This document shows, piece by piece, positions 12,892-24,660 of a DNA stretch of 64,000 nucleotides (within the stretch, counting starts at the first letter, position 1; each line of letters begins with the position of its first letter). Where the stretch lies: assembly GCA_004022145.1 (NCBI GenBank), contig RCNU01000004.1; one strand, written 5' to 3'. Origin of the DNA: Paecilomyces variotii (taxonomy: Eukaryota). The notes under the pieces were generated by a model. It saw nothing but the letters and a program-made list of their open reading frames with translations, ran no database searches and was not told the DNA's origin. Position numbers and translations under genes: made by a program.

Positions 12892-15579
12892 ATGGCCGAA
12901 CCTTCGGAGGAAGCTATCACGGATTTTGTCAGCTTCACAGGCACCTCGCGCGAGCAAGCTATCAGTTACTTGAAGGTGATTGCGATGTATTTGTTCTTTA
13001 CTTTTAGCCCATACTGACCTTTTTTCCTGCATAGGCGAACGATCTCAATTCCCAAAAAGCCATCAATGCGTACTTCGAGAACCCCGCCGGCCCTCAGCCA
13101 GAGGTGAAGCTCCATGCTATACTTAGTCTTTTGGATTGCCCGAACTGATCAAGAAATGATGTTTGACCGGACTGTAGGCCACGCAGTTCTTCGGTGGTCA
13201 GGATATTCCCTGTAAGTACGGACCGGGTATTTCCACTTCTCAATACCTGACATCTCTAGCTTTCAACATCGAGAATCCCGAGCCTGCTCCTAGCAGCAAC
13301 TATGTAGCACCTCCGTCACGGCCTCCTTCGCGCGTCAATATGCAGCCAACGCCTGATGCGCCTAGATATGGCGAGAAGACAGATCTATCCGCTGCGAATA
13401 CAACGGGTGAGACGACCTCCCACGGATTTAACGAAGTTCTGGTGAATTGACGTCAATTGCTCAAGGAGCAGAAAATAATACGGAAGGGTTGACTCTAGCG
13501 GAGCGAGAAGAGCGCGATCTGCAGCAGGCGATGGCAATGTCTCTGGACCAAAGTTTTGGAGAACAAGAGATAGGGGTTACGAGCAGTGCTGGGCCAAATT
13601 TCGGGCCTGCAACGCGAGATCACTATGACTCGGGAGAGTGGGCCATGACTCTCTTTAACCCCAGCTCCCGTGAAGCGATCATCAGCCCAGATCCTCATGA
13701 CCGCGCACGGGTCAGCGATGAGCCTGCTTTTCTTCGCCCGTCCCAAGAAGGCCTGCATCTGGGAGGTCTCCTCACCATTCTTCATTCCATTCCGCTGGCC
13801 AGGGAAGCGCTTCTGCTCCGGGAGAAGGTCTTGCCGGACTATGGTTATGACCCACAATGGTGGAACGGACAACCTATCAACACCCCCAAGATTGTTTCAC
13901 TTGACGATGTCTATAGCGATGATGATGATTGGGATGACATCCTGTACGAAACTCAGAGATCAATCGCCTTTCTGGATTCCACAGAACGTGCGTTTGGGAG
14001 TGTCGATGCCTTGGCGAGTTTCAGATCAATGTCGACATACGGGCCTGACGCTGCTGTACCTAAATTTCTGGAAACGTGGTCTGCAGCAGCGGAGCGCGCA
14101 TCTCCAGAGAATAAATTAACAACGGTTTTTTCTTCTCACGCAGTCAAGCAGTCACTTTCCGGCACAGATACGCCGATCGAGAGGAGTTTCGTTACGCTCG
14201 AATGTTTTGAAGAGCCGGAACAAGGCCAGACGCTATATGATGTCCTGGATCGTACAGTATGGGCCGACAGGCCGGGTGAAGAGCTTGACTACGTGTGGTT
14301 GGAACGTGTGGCTGATGTCCTCACTATCCGATTGGAGAACCCTAAGCCGTCAGCTACATCGCTTCAAGTGAAAATACCTGCTACGTTTTACCCTGATCGT
14401 TATCTTCGTGCCTGCAGAGACATTGCACGTGAATTCCGCACCAGCCGGCTTGAAGCTTACAAGGAGATTGCCAAGCTGGAAAATGTCATGGACCGATTCA
14501 CTGTCTCCAGGTCACTGGTCAACAAAGGCTTTACGTCGAAAGAGATACTTGAGAAAGCAGCTGCGGCAGCAGTGTTGGCTCTACCTAAAAACCTCGCGAA
14601 TGGCGCCACAGGTGATTCCTTGACACCGGAAGCGGCAAACGCAGAAGGCCAGCGACTTGCTAATGAGCTACGCGCTATATCGGAAAAGATTGAGCAGAAG
14701 CTGAAAGGTAAAAGCCTGAAACCAGCTAGAGGATCATATGGCTAACCTATACTATGATAGAGCTCGAAGTGCGAAGACAAAATGCCTTAGAGACCCTCCG
14801 GGGTTATTCCAAAACCCTTACCGAGCCTTCTGCCTCACCTGACGAACCACCTCATTGTGAGTACACCTTGCGAGGTGTATGCACAGAGCCGCATATAACA
14901 TATGTTCTCAGACGGTGTGCGGAACGCCGTTCTGAGGATCAAATGGATATCGACAAGCCGCAGCAAGGGTGGCAGTGGTGGCGGATCAGCTTTTCTACTG
15001 ACGATGCTAAGACACAACAGTCCGAATCTAGTAAGAGTAATGGCACGGGAAAGTACGTCGCACCGCCAAACACAGACGTTATTGGTTACACCGCTCGCAA
15101 GGTTCGGGAAATCGAGGTTCTCAGAGCAGCACGAGAAGAGTCGAAAAGCGTCTTGCTTGTTTATGCAAACAGTAGCGCTGTCCAATTTGGGGAGAGTCCA
15201 GCTCCAACCCCCCTTCAGGTGAGAATGAAAATTCCTATCTTCTTCGAGACTATTTGTGACATTGTACTAGGAATTCGTCGAAAGGGACAACGAGTCCTTC
15301 GAGTTCGAGCTGAAGGAAGCGGAACGTGAATTACAGGACGAGGGTCCAGAGGATGGGCAACAATCACCATCGCAGGAGCAAACAGGGGAACAAACTAAAG
15401 ATGGACAATCACTGTCCTTGACTCAGCCTGTTCCGGTTGACTCAGCGCCGGCCAACAGCGAGAATTCTGCCGACTACGAGGCACCTATGTCCGACCAGGG
15501 TACAGTTCAGGGACAGGAGATGCAGGAAAAGGGAGGGGTGAGTCTATTCACCCAGTCACTATCCAGTAGTGGGCAGTAG
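12892..15579 (+). CDS. Ubiquitin-interaction-motif protein with N-terminal UBA-like domain
   Basis: MAEPSEEAITDFVSFTGTSREQAISYLK-ANDLNSQKAINAYFE (UBA-like), UIM EERDLQQAMAMSL; about 7 exons joined by canonical introns; stop TAG 15577-15579. Confidence 0.8.
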
Positions 15580-15985
15580 TCCCCTGACTGCGCGGAAACC
15601 AGTAAACAAAACCTCGAAACGAATGATGTAGAACAAATGTGTTAACGTTGAGACGGCCAGTTAGCATAGTTCCCTAGTCAGGAATGCATAAAGTACATAC
15701 CTACAACTTATACCATAGATTCAGATGCACTCCAAACCTCTAGGCATTATTCAGGATGATATAGCGAGTCACAGAGTAGCAAACCAAGTTTGAGTAGATC
15801 AAATTCTACTATAAGCATGCGTATTTGACATGATTGGCCAGTCGGCATCGTATGTGAACCTCCGTTATGTTTGGTTTGTTTGCATTAACTCGACGCTCTC
15901 CGATCTACCAACGATCCGGTCGCAGAAGATGTGAATTGAATCAACCATTTCGAAAGACAAAGCGTTCTCAGTCTTTCATGAAACG

Positions 15986-16721
15986 ATGACGGTTGAAAGC
16001 GATTCGATCGCTGGATCGACGATTGAGCTCCTGGAAGCTCGTCTGCGCCGCCTGGAATATTTGCTTACAGGCGATGTGAACTGGACCGGAGAACCTACAC
16101 CAGCCCCGAGGCCAGACGGTCTTGATGATACAGTTGCGCGTCGGTTGGCGCGTCTAGAGACCGGATTGCAAGCGCTCAGCAAAACAATCCCGGCGGTTCA
16201 TGATGTTCTTCAGCTTCGTTAGTGCTTTCCAGCTGTGTTTTAGAAGGGGGCCCAGATAACCATTGCGAGACCCGGGTTTTGCTGATTTGATTTGATTTGA
16301 TTCAACTACAACAGATGACCGCCATCCGGATCTATTCCGCTCTATCCCACAACAAGAGATCCCGACCAGCTTGACCGTGCAGAATCTCGCGTCGATCGTC
16401 TTGTCGTACGCTTCTGCTTTCCCTGAGACTGCATCCCGCCTCACGTCCCTGAACGACCTTCCCATACCCGACGCGGAAGCGTCTGCATCCCTTGTCGAAC
16501 TCCAGCCCCGTCTGGATCGCCTCGCACAGGTGCAGGAAGAGCAAGCGAAGGAAGTATCCGAATTGAGAACGCGCAGCGCGAGGGTGCTGCAGCGGTGGTA
16601 TGAGATTGGACTTGTTGGTGGCGGGGAGTGCTGGGTCGATTGGGAGGGGAGGTTGGAAGAAGTCGATCGGGAGGTGAGAAGAGAGGAGGTTGTGAGGGAG
16701 AAGAGAGCACGTGAAATCTGA
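15986..16721 (+). CDS. Dynactin p24/DCTN3 (RO10-like nuclear distribution protein)
   Basis: TIELLEARLRRLEYLLTG; intron 16218-16314; TASRLTSLNDLPIP; WYE...ECWVDWEGRL coiled coil. Confidence 0.8.
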
Positions 16722-19085
16722 TCTATATGACATCTGATTCTGTCATTGCACCCCTGTCCCAGCGGAGGCGGGCTTCGTTGAGATGGGGGCCTTTTCCTTG
16801 TCTTCGTTCGTGGCTAGCTGGATAGATACCACCGAGGGGTTCGCTGGAGTTCAAGGGCGTTAAGGTTCAAGACAAGCAACCACAGTCGTTTCAGATTGTG
16901 TATGGAGCATTGTGCATTCCCTGCAAGGGAGATCTGCGCTAAGCCTGGTTTTCTTTTTTTTTTCTCTCTCTTCCTCTTTCTTGCTTCACAGATAGCATAT
17001 GATATCATCTGTTCAATGCTGCTTTCGGTTCGTTACTTCTCCGGTTAGCTTGTTGGTCTTGACCCTGTTGATGTAATACAAAGTGCATTGTGCTTTTGGA
17101 GAACGTAAGGTTTCCTTTCCTCTGTAAGAATGGCGAGCGAATCGCAGTTGACTTGTCCCTTCCTCGCTATAGTCGCCAACTCAGGTAGGGTATTCGTTTG
17201 TGGGACAGAATGGGCTTTGGAATCTGATACCCAGTATGTAGTAGTTAGCTGCTTGCTTATAGTGATGATATCACAAGGCTACTATGAGTCCGACAGCATG
17301 GTTCAGCAATACGCCTAACACCTCGGAGTGAAGTCTAAAATCTCTCGATTCTTTCTCCGACTTCATGCGTAGTCTTTGCTTGCAGCATGGCGGTGTCTCA
17401 TCTAGAGTCGACGCGTCGGGTATCTGAGGTGGCGCTTGTCGTACCTGGCGGTATGAGTCTTGCTCGCATGTGCAGGTTGCCGCCATAATTTCTATCCGAT
17501 CTGCTGCTTCTTCCGGAACTTCTATACGAGTCACACAGAGTACGCTGTACGACTCCACACGGCGGGGTTGCGGTACGTATCCCAGGCTCGGGTCAGAGAA
17601 AGTCTAGAAACACCACGTACTTAGGATTAAAGTCGCAGGGTATTATTGGGGCCATATAGGCACATTCATGCTTGCCAGTAGTATTTTTTGTTTTTTCTCT
17701 TTTTTTTTTTCTTTTCAGAGTTTTCAGTATGCTCCAGGGCTCCCCCACTGTAATGTCCTATTTCTTGGTACGCGGGGAGCAACAGTGGGATCGATCCATG
17801 GGTACCATCTATGATCTGGCATTCTTCCGGATGGTTGAATCGTCGGCTGTAGAGACCTGAGAGAAAAGGCGTATGTATCATAGGGCAGGGCTGTGCCACC
17901 TCATTATTGTCTCTCTGAGCCACTTCGAGTATTCAACAAGAATGCTGATGGCTTCACCGACCAAGCCACTTTCATGCACGTTGCTGGCGCCAAACACTGC
18001 CTTATGGACGGTTCTTGCGGGTGCTGCCGGCGGTGCCTTACTTGGAGACCCATGGGTTTGCTGGAACGCACTGGCCTGGGCCGTTTAGTGTAGATAGAGG
18101 AGAAGTGTTGGATTTTGAAGAAGTTGCAGGGCTGTGTTGCATCATCAAAGTAAGGATTCCCATCGCGCCGAGCCAGCGCGGGCGTGGATTGGCGATGGCA
18201 GCGCTGTCATCTCGAGTCTCGAACCCCGACGGCGCTCGCAACGATGATCCATCGGCCGCAGGGACCATCAAACGGTGAGGACAAGGCGTGCGACTCCATC
18301 TCCACCGGTCATTTCCACTGGTGATCCTGGGGTCCAGGGCCGTCTTGGAGTCCGTGAGAGACGGAGAGTCGACCATCATCCACGTCCGCTGGCCCACTGC
18401 GATCGTGGCCCGCTGCCGGTCTTGAAACGCTAGGCCCGCGAGCCGACCAGCCAGGCGTCTTTCGAACTCCTTTTCGAGCCGCTTGAGACACGACTTGCAC
18501 CTTCAGGCACCTCCAGTCCTTTTGCCCATCCATCCTGAGGTCTCAAGTCCCGTCGTCTATCGACATCCTCTCGTTCATTCATAGTCTATTCTTCTCCGAT
18601 CACGTTTCGTATTTCTTTTTACCCCCTCAGCCTGGTGCTGCCTTCGTGTCCCTGGGGGCTCAACTCTACATCCACACGCTCACTCAACTCCCATCACACT
18701 CGTTTCGCTCCCCTCCCAAAGGTACGAAAGGCCGATCGTGACGCTCCAGTCGATCGCTGCATGACGTTGGTCGACCGATTGACTCTGTGATGCTCATGAT
18801 GGAATTTTTATTTGATCCAAACTCAATACAGCTGTCCTAACTCTATTGCCAGTATTGCCTCACATCTTGCGCGCCGTCAACGTCCCCGTTAGAAGACGTA
18901 TATTCATCTCTCTCTCTCTCTCTCGACGGCTTCATTTTGTTTTCTGAGACTCTCCTAATACACGAGTCCCTATTCAATTCCCATCGACGCAACGAGGGAG
19001 AATTTCCCGGTTCTTCATGGTGACATACTCGGATTCGCAATCTTTTCAAAAGCCCAATCCGTTTTCAGAGAATAAGAGAAGCGGA

Positions 19086-20145
19086 ATGGCGAGGTTCAGA
19101 GTGGCCAACGTCATTGGCGACCCGTTCGCACTCGCGACGATTTCGATATCCATAGTATGTGGTTTGCGCTCTCTGTATTCGACGAAACTCGGGAGTCTGG
19201 ATATGGGATGAACGGGTCCGCTAACAATATTCCGTACAGCTCGCCTGGTTGATCACCTTTGTTGCTTGTATTGTCGCAAACATCCAGTCAGACTTTCCAA
19301 ACTATGCTTGGTGGGCTGTTGCGTACATGCTCTGTATCATTGTCGGGGTCACGGTCGTTATAGGCTCGGATACTAGCTTAGTATATGGTGTTGCGGTATG
19401 ATTGCCATATTGTCCCAGTACCTCGCCCGTTTGGCTATGCGCTGATTCGGTTCGTTCATAGATCGTCGGTTATCTCGCGGCAGGACTGGTATTTACAACA
19501 CTCGGTGTGAACTCGCTTGTCTATCAGTCGCAGTCTTCGAAACAGGCGGCTGCCGCTGGATTTATTCTGCTGTCTATGGTGATTGTGCGTCTTATCACTC
19601 CAGATGTCCGCTCGGGCTAGTTGCTTACGCTGTCACAGATTGTCTGGGTATTCTATTTCGGATCAACGCCACAGGCTGCGCACCGCGAATATATCGACTC
19701 GTTCGCTCTTCACAAGGAACGACAAGGCTCTTACCGCGACAGCAGGCCTATGTCTAACGCCTACGGAGCTCGTCCGGATACATCGAGCCAGACGCCTCAA
19801 ATGTACACTTCTGCCCAACTCAACGGCTTCGAGACATCGACGCCCGTGTCTGGCCATGCGGGTGGTGCCCCCGGTTCGCAAAACCGGAACTCGTCTATGC
19901 CACAGTTTCCCCCGGCTGCCGCTGTTGGAACGACAAGTGGCGAGGAACTAGCTCAACCAACCGAATATCCATACCGGGCAAAGGCCATCTACTCGTATGA
20001 GGCCAATCCTGAAGATGCCAACGAAATCAGCTTTGCCAAGCATGAGATCCTTGAAGTGTCCGATGTCAGCGGGCGATGGTGGCAGGCGAAGAAAGCGACC
20101 GGAGAGACCGGTATCGCTCCGTCCAACTACCTCATCCTGCTCTAA
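19086..20145 (+). CDS. sho1: High-osmolarity signalling membrane sensor Sho1 (4 TM + SH3)
   Basis: [14 protein letters not shown], four TM segments over 4 exons, [10 protein letters not shown]-terminal SH3 [24 protein letters not shown]...[11 protein letters not shown]. Confidence 0.95.
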
Positions 20146-20256
20146 TGGTCAAGCAGGCTATACGACCGTATTCCCTTGGCGTATACTATCCCTACCACCT
20201 CTCCATGATACCCTTGCGATCGTATCTGTCTTGGCGATATTCTGGTTGTAAAATCA

Positions 20257-20291
20257 TGTCACGTCCTGATGGCCATTTCTTGTCTTTTTTT
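20257..20291 (+). repeat. 35-bp dispersed direct repeat, copy 1 (sho1 3' flank)
   Basis: TGTCACGTCCTGATGGCCATTTCTTgTCTTTTTTT; 34/35 identical to 28152-28186. Confidence 0.9.
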
Positions 20292-20723
20292 CTGCAACGT
20301 TCTCCATTTCCCGAGTCATTTATAGCTTACTCGAACCTTTTTTTTTCTTCTTCCTCTTCTTTCTTTTCATTTTGTACTTCACTTTGTTCGTCTGCATCCC
20401 GGAGAGGGATGTTGGACATTGGTTCCGCAAGGAACCGTGGACGGTGGAGATTCTTTTCCTTTGCTCTGGCAATAGGACCTTAAGGTGCTTTCCCTCTTGA
20501 AGCGGCCTTATCTTTTTCCTTCGCTTTCCTTTTGATATTGTCACGACGCGCTTACTGATGGCGTATGTTGAAGTTCGACAGTGTGGATATAGTGTGATCA
20601 GAAGACAGTAACATATAGGCTGCGAGTATGGTGCAGTTCCTCAGCGAATCCTCTTCCCAATGTATTTCCGGTTTGACGTACGGAGTATTAATTCCATCGA
20701 TCTTGTAGCGTACCACTTCTGGT

Positions 20724-20779
20724 CACGTGGAGAATAGATGCACGTGGAATTCCATTTGCGGAACGGATTCTTCCACGTG
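20724..20779. promoter_or_regulatory. Cluster of three CACGTG E-boxes
   Basis: CACGTG at 20724, 20741 and 20774; two in GCACGTGG context. Confidence 0.5.
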
Positions 20780-21955
20780 CCGTCCGTCATTGATTGCCAC
20801 CAGACTCCGATTCAAGCCTTCTCCCACGTATTATTTTACCCACCGTGGTTGATGTGTGTATGGTAAGTAGTTATCAATCGCTATCGGACCGAATTCGAGA
20901 AGATGGCCAGGAACCTCCTACTCGAACTAAATGTAGTGATCAGTACTGGCTGAGCACGGACGGATTTTATTGCTCGATTCGCGATCGTCTTGGGATCTAC
21001 GGCATGGATGATAACGATAAGGTACCACTCTCCTATTGTTATGCCAGTTATTCCAGTTATTTCGATAACTAGTTAATCGATCAAGCATGAGTAAGATGGA
21101 ATCGATAGGCCTAGATGTCCTCGTTGATCGACAACTCAAAAGGCGGAGTAACAACAACTAATTGATAGTTCAGCGCTCTCCATCCGTTAACCTAATCAGT
21201 GAAATAAGCGACATACTTAGCGCCTACAGTGGCAGAAAAGCTCGCCATTCCCCACACTTTTCGAGCAACGGCAACCCAGTTAGCAGCAGAGGATCGATCG
21301 AAGCAAACTGGCAGATAGCGAAAGTCTGGCCAAGCATCTCGTTAGAAACTCAGTTGATTTACCCGCCTCGTCTTAGCCTTCTTCAACTGTTGCGTTTCCT
21401 CCAATGAGGAGTCCCGTTTTCGGTCAAACCGGGTTGTCCAGAAGATGTGTTCATGATGAAGCCAAGCTTTTTTTTCCCTTTTTTTCCTTGTCCCCGACCT
21501 TCCATTACGGGGTTTCTATGAGCCCATAGTCATACTAATTATTTTTCTCTGGGACGTTGCAGCGTTTCGTTCGTTCCGTTTTTACGTAGTGACTTAAAGT
21601 CTTTGTTGGATGCTATATTAATACGAGTCGATTTCCCCCTGTCGCTTCTCTGCCTTTCTAGAGCTGGATTTGGGTTTATACAGCAGTACACCGATCTTTA
21701 ATAGTGTCCGTAGTGACCGACTCGTTGTTGTCGGAAGCCAAAGCGACCAATCACTCACACTATTCGCGCACACTTCTTATTGCCTGGGGACCAGATCTCG
21801 AGTGAATATCATTATCTGATGTCTTGAAGGCACTGCTTCTCTGGTCGCTGCCATACCCGCAACTTTGGTCACGAGCGGCAAGCTCTAGACAACCTTCCAG
21901 GCAGTTAACTTCTTTCGAAGAAGCTCTAAAATTCCTGTTGGACTAGGCTAGAACT

Positions 21956-23295
21956 ATGTCATCAGATGGGAATAATATCCCCGTCGCTTCCACCGTCCTG
22001 GGGACCATTGGGACTGTCTTGTGGTGCGTTCAACTGATACCTCAGATATGGTACAATTGGCGACAAAAGAAGACGGATGGATTACCTCCTGTTATGATGT
22101 TTCTATGGGCAGCTTGTGAGTTCTTCTCTTTTTTCTTTCTTTCTTTCTTTCCCCCCCCAGATACAGATCGTGCTCTAAGAGAAAATCAACTGACTTGATC
22201 CTCTTGAAGGTGCGGTCCCAATGGGAACTTACATGATTCTTCAGGTACGGGTGCTAGTTAGGCCATGGATAGGGTAGGACTCTCCTCGAACAGCCTGCTG
22301 ATTTCGTTACTACAGAAAGTCAACGTCCCGCTGCAAGTGCAGCCGCAGATGTTTTCCTTTTTCTCCCTCATCAGCTGGGGCCAGATCTTATACTATAACC
22401 AGTATGTGTATGAAGCAGCCTAGTCGAGCTGGAAAATGCTAACAAGCTTTGGCGAGCAGTAACTATAGTTTGAGGAGGGCGACTTTAGCAGTTGTGGGCA
22501 CCGGTGTACTTCTCGGCGGTCTGGAGACTATGTTTATTCTCTGTCTTCGCGTACGCAAGCACTCCCTGGTCGAACATCAGGACGACGAAGCTAATCCATC
22601 GCGGTAGATACCCTACAATAAGGGAATTACATGGCCAGATCTGCTATTCGGTGCCATTGCAGCCGTCATGCTCGCACTCGGGCTGATCCCGCCGTATTTT
22701 GAGATCCGGAAGAGGAAGGGTCGAGTAGTCGGAATCAGTAAGTCACAGGGAGCATTTTCAGTGCATTATTGTGCGATTCACTGACGTATTTCAGATTGGT
22801 TCTTCCTGGCAATGGACACTGCAGGTGGTCTGTTCTCCCTGTTTGCCTTGGGTATGCCGTCCCTGGTTCTTGACAAATTGATATAGATTTACTAACAGGT
22901 CGAGAACAGCTGCGCAGGGGTCTTTCGATATACTAGGAGGAATCATGTACATTATTGTGTTCGTGTCCCTCTTCTTCCCCTTGACGATTCTTGTCTGGTA
23001 GCAATGCTAACCTCTCTCTCCGAACTTTAGCGTTGTCCTAGAAGGTGGTATTTACATTAGCCATATCATCTGGCGCATTCGCAATCGCAAGCTGCTCAAG
23101 GAAGCCAAGGCGGCTGGTAAGAGCGTTGACGAGATGCTCGAGTTGCAGAGCAAGGAGAGCGAAGACCACAATGAGAGTGGAGATGGCGTGCTTTCCACTC
23201 GACCGGGCGACCTGGAAAGTCATGGAGCATCGGGACAGCCAGAGAAAGAGCAAGCGCAAGAGCAAGAGCTGTCGATAACCGACGAGAAACAATAA
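21956..23295 (+). CDS. PQ-loop repeat membrane transporter
   Basis: LGTIGTVLWCVQLIPQIWYNWRQKKTDGL; 8 exons / 7 canonical introns; second repeat GLIPPYFEI..RKGRVVGI; stop 23293-23295. Confidence 0.88.
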
Positions 23296-24660
23296 CAACC
23301 AAAGCCAACTTTGTTACCGTGGGCGTTCTCTGTTTGCTGTTTTGTCCTGCATACCTGGTGTTATGGGCTTGATGATGAGTTACGATATCACGGAACTGTG
23401 CATTTTTGCAGGTCAAGGGCTGTTTGCATGTGCATTGATAGAGGAAGGGATAGATTGCTACCGTACATAGATAATTATTGGATTGGACCATAGAACGTTG
23501 TGCTGTCAAGGACTACTGCATACGATTAGTTGTATTTTACTTTTACATGTGCTAAACTAATCATATTGGCTTAATGTCGATTTGGCTCATGGGCGTCGTA
23601 ACTTACTGCTACAAATATTGTAATCTACTGGTTACTGATCTTGCTTGGCAATGCGGCTGTCCTGCAGATAAGTAACGGCTGATTGATGCGTTGAGATGTA
23701 AATAAGCCTGTTTGCTGGCTCAACAAACAGTCTATCTTACCCCAACTAAGTGATAACTAACTAGCTAATTAGTTAGTTAAGTTAGTTATAACTAACCAAC
23801 AGATCTCGCTTTGTCAGACATGTTCTGGTGAAGCTTTCTTTGGTCTTAGATAGTAGTAGCTTACACATCATTATCAACAGATGAGTTCAGGGGGTTAGTT
23901 AGTTAATCGAACAGGAATGGGTAGAGATATGTATATCAAGCGCGCACGAGGGGAGAGACCAGAAAAGAGATTACCATTAAGTAGTTAGTTAGGCTTGTTA
24001 GTTAACAGTAGACGGTCTTGGGCTGGTCTGCGCGCTCGAACGACCATCTCGACTTAGTTAGAACTTCCTCACTAGAGTCGCGCGGCCTGAAGCTCCCCTG
24101 GAAGCTTTCGTTTCCCTGGCCATTTATTTGCTGTTTCCTAACCTTTCCTCGCCTGGGATTGTATGCGAGCTACTGCTTCCAGTAGGTAGTCAAGCTGGTT
24201 GTATAACTAGACGCCCGATCGAAAAGACTGAGAGGGGTAAATCTCGTGGTTGCATCTTCCCCCCTCCGTGGATTGTTCTCTCCCTTTTCTTTCCTGATCG
24301 TCTTTTTCTTATCTTACTATCTATCGCAGCCGGTCTTGGTTTGGTCGATGCGCTTTTCTCTGTAATCAAAGCAGAGCTTCTCTTCCTTCAAACGAAGGGA
24401 GTTCGTGCGACTCTCTTCTTCTTCCAGGAGCTACTGCTTGCAGGACGTGGGGGCAAGGCTTTGTTGCTGGCAGGACTTCTGTGTCCTTTCTTTTCTATCC
24501 CGCCATCACAACGAGCCAGCTAGCTGCGTCGTCTGGCCTTCTACCGCCCATCCTGTCGCCGGTGCTGGACCTGCTTGCTCGTCTGCCCCGAGTCGACGAT
24601 GAAGTGACGAGCGCGCCCGCCCATCAGCCGCCAGAGAAGCTCGCCCTGCTGGTCCTCACG

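Noticed and set aside
1-16721. Dynein LIC and dynactin p24 as a functional cluster
   Set aside because: 15 kb apart with six unrelated genes between them; compatible with chance
16800-19000. Short ORFs upstream of sho1
   Set aside because: No recognisable motifs; pyrimidine-rich sequence with splice-like signals fits the sho1 promoter and 5' UTR
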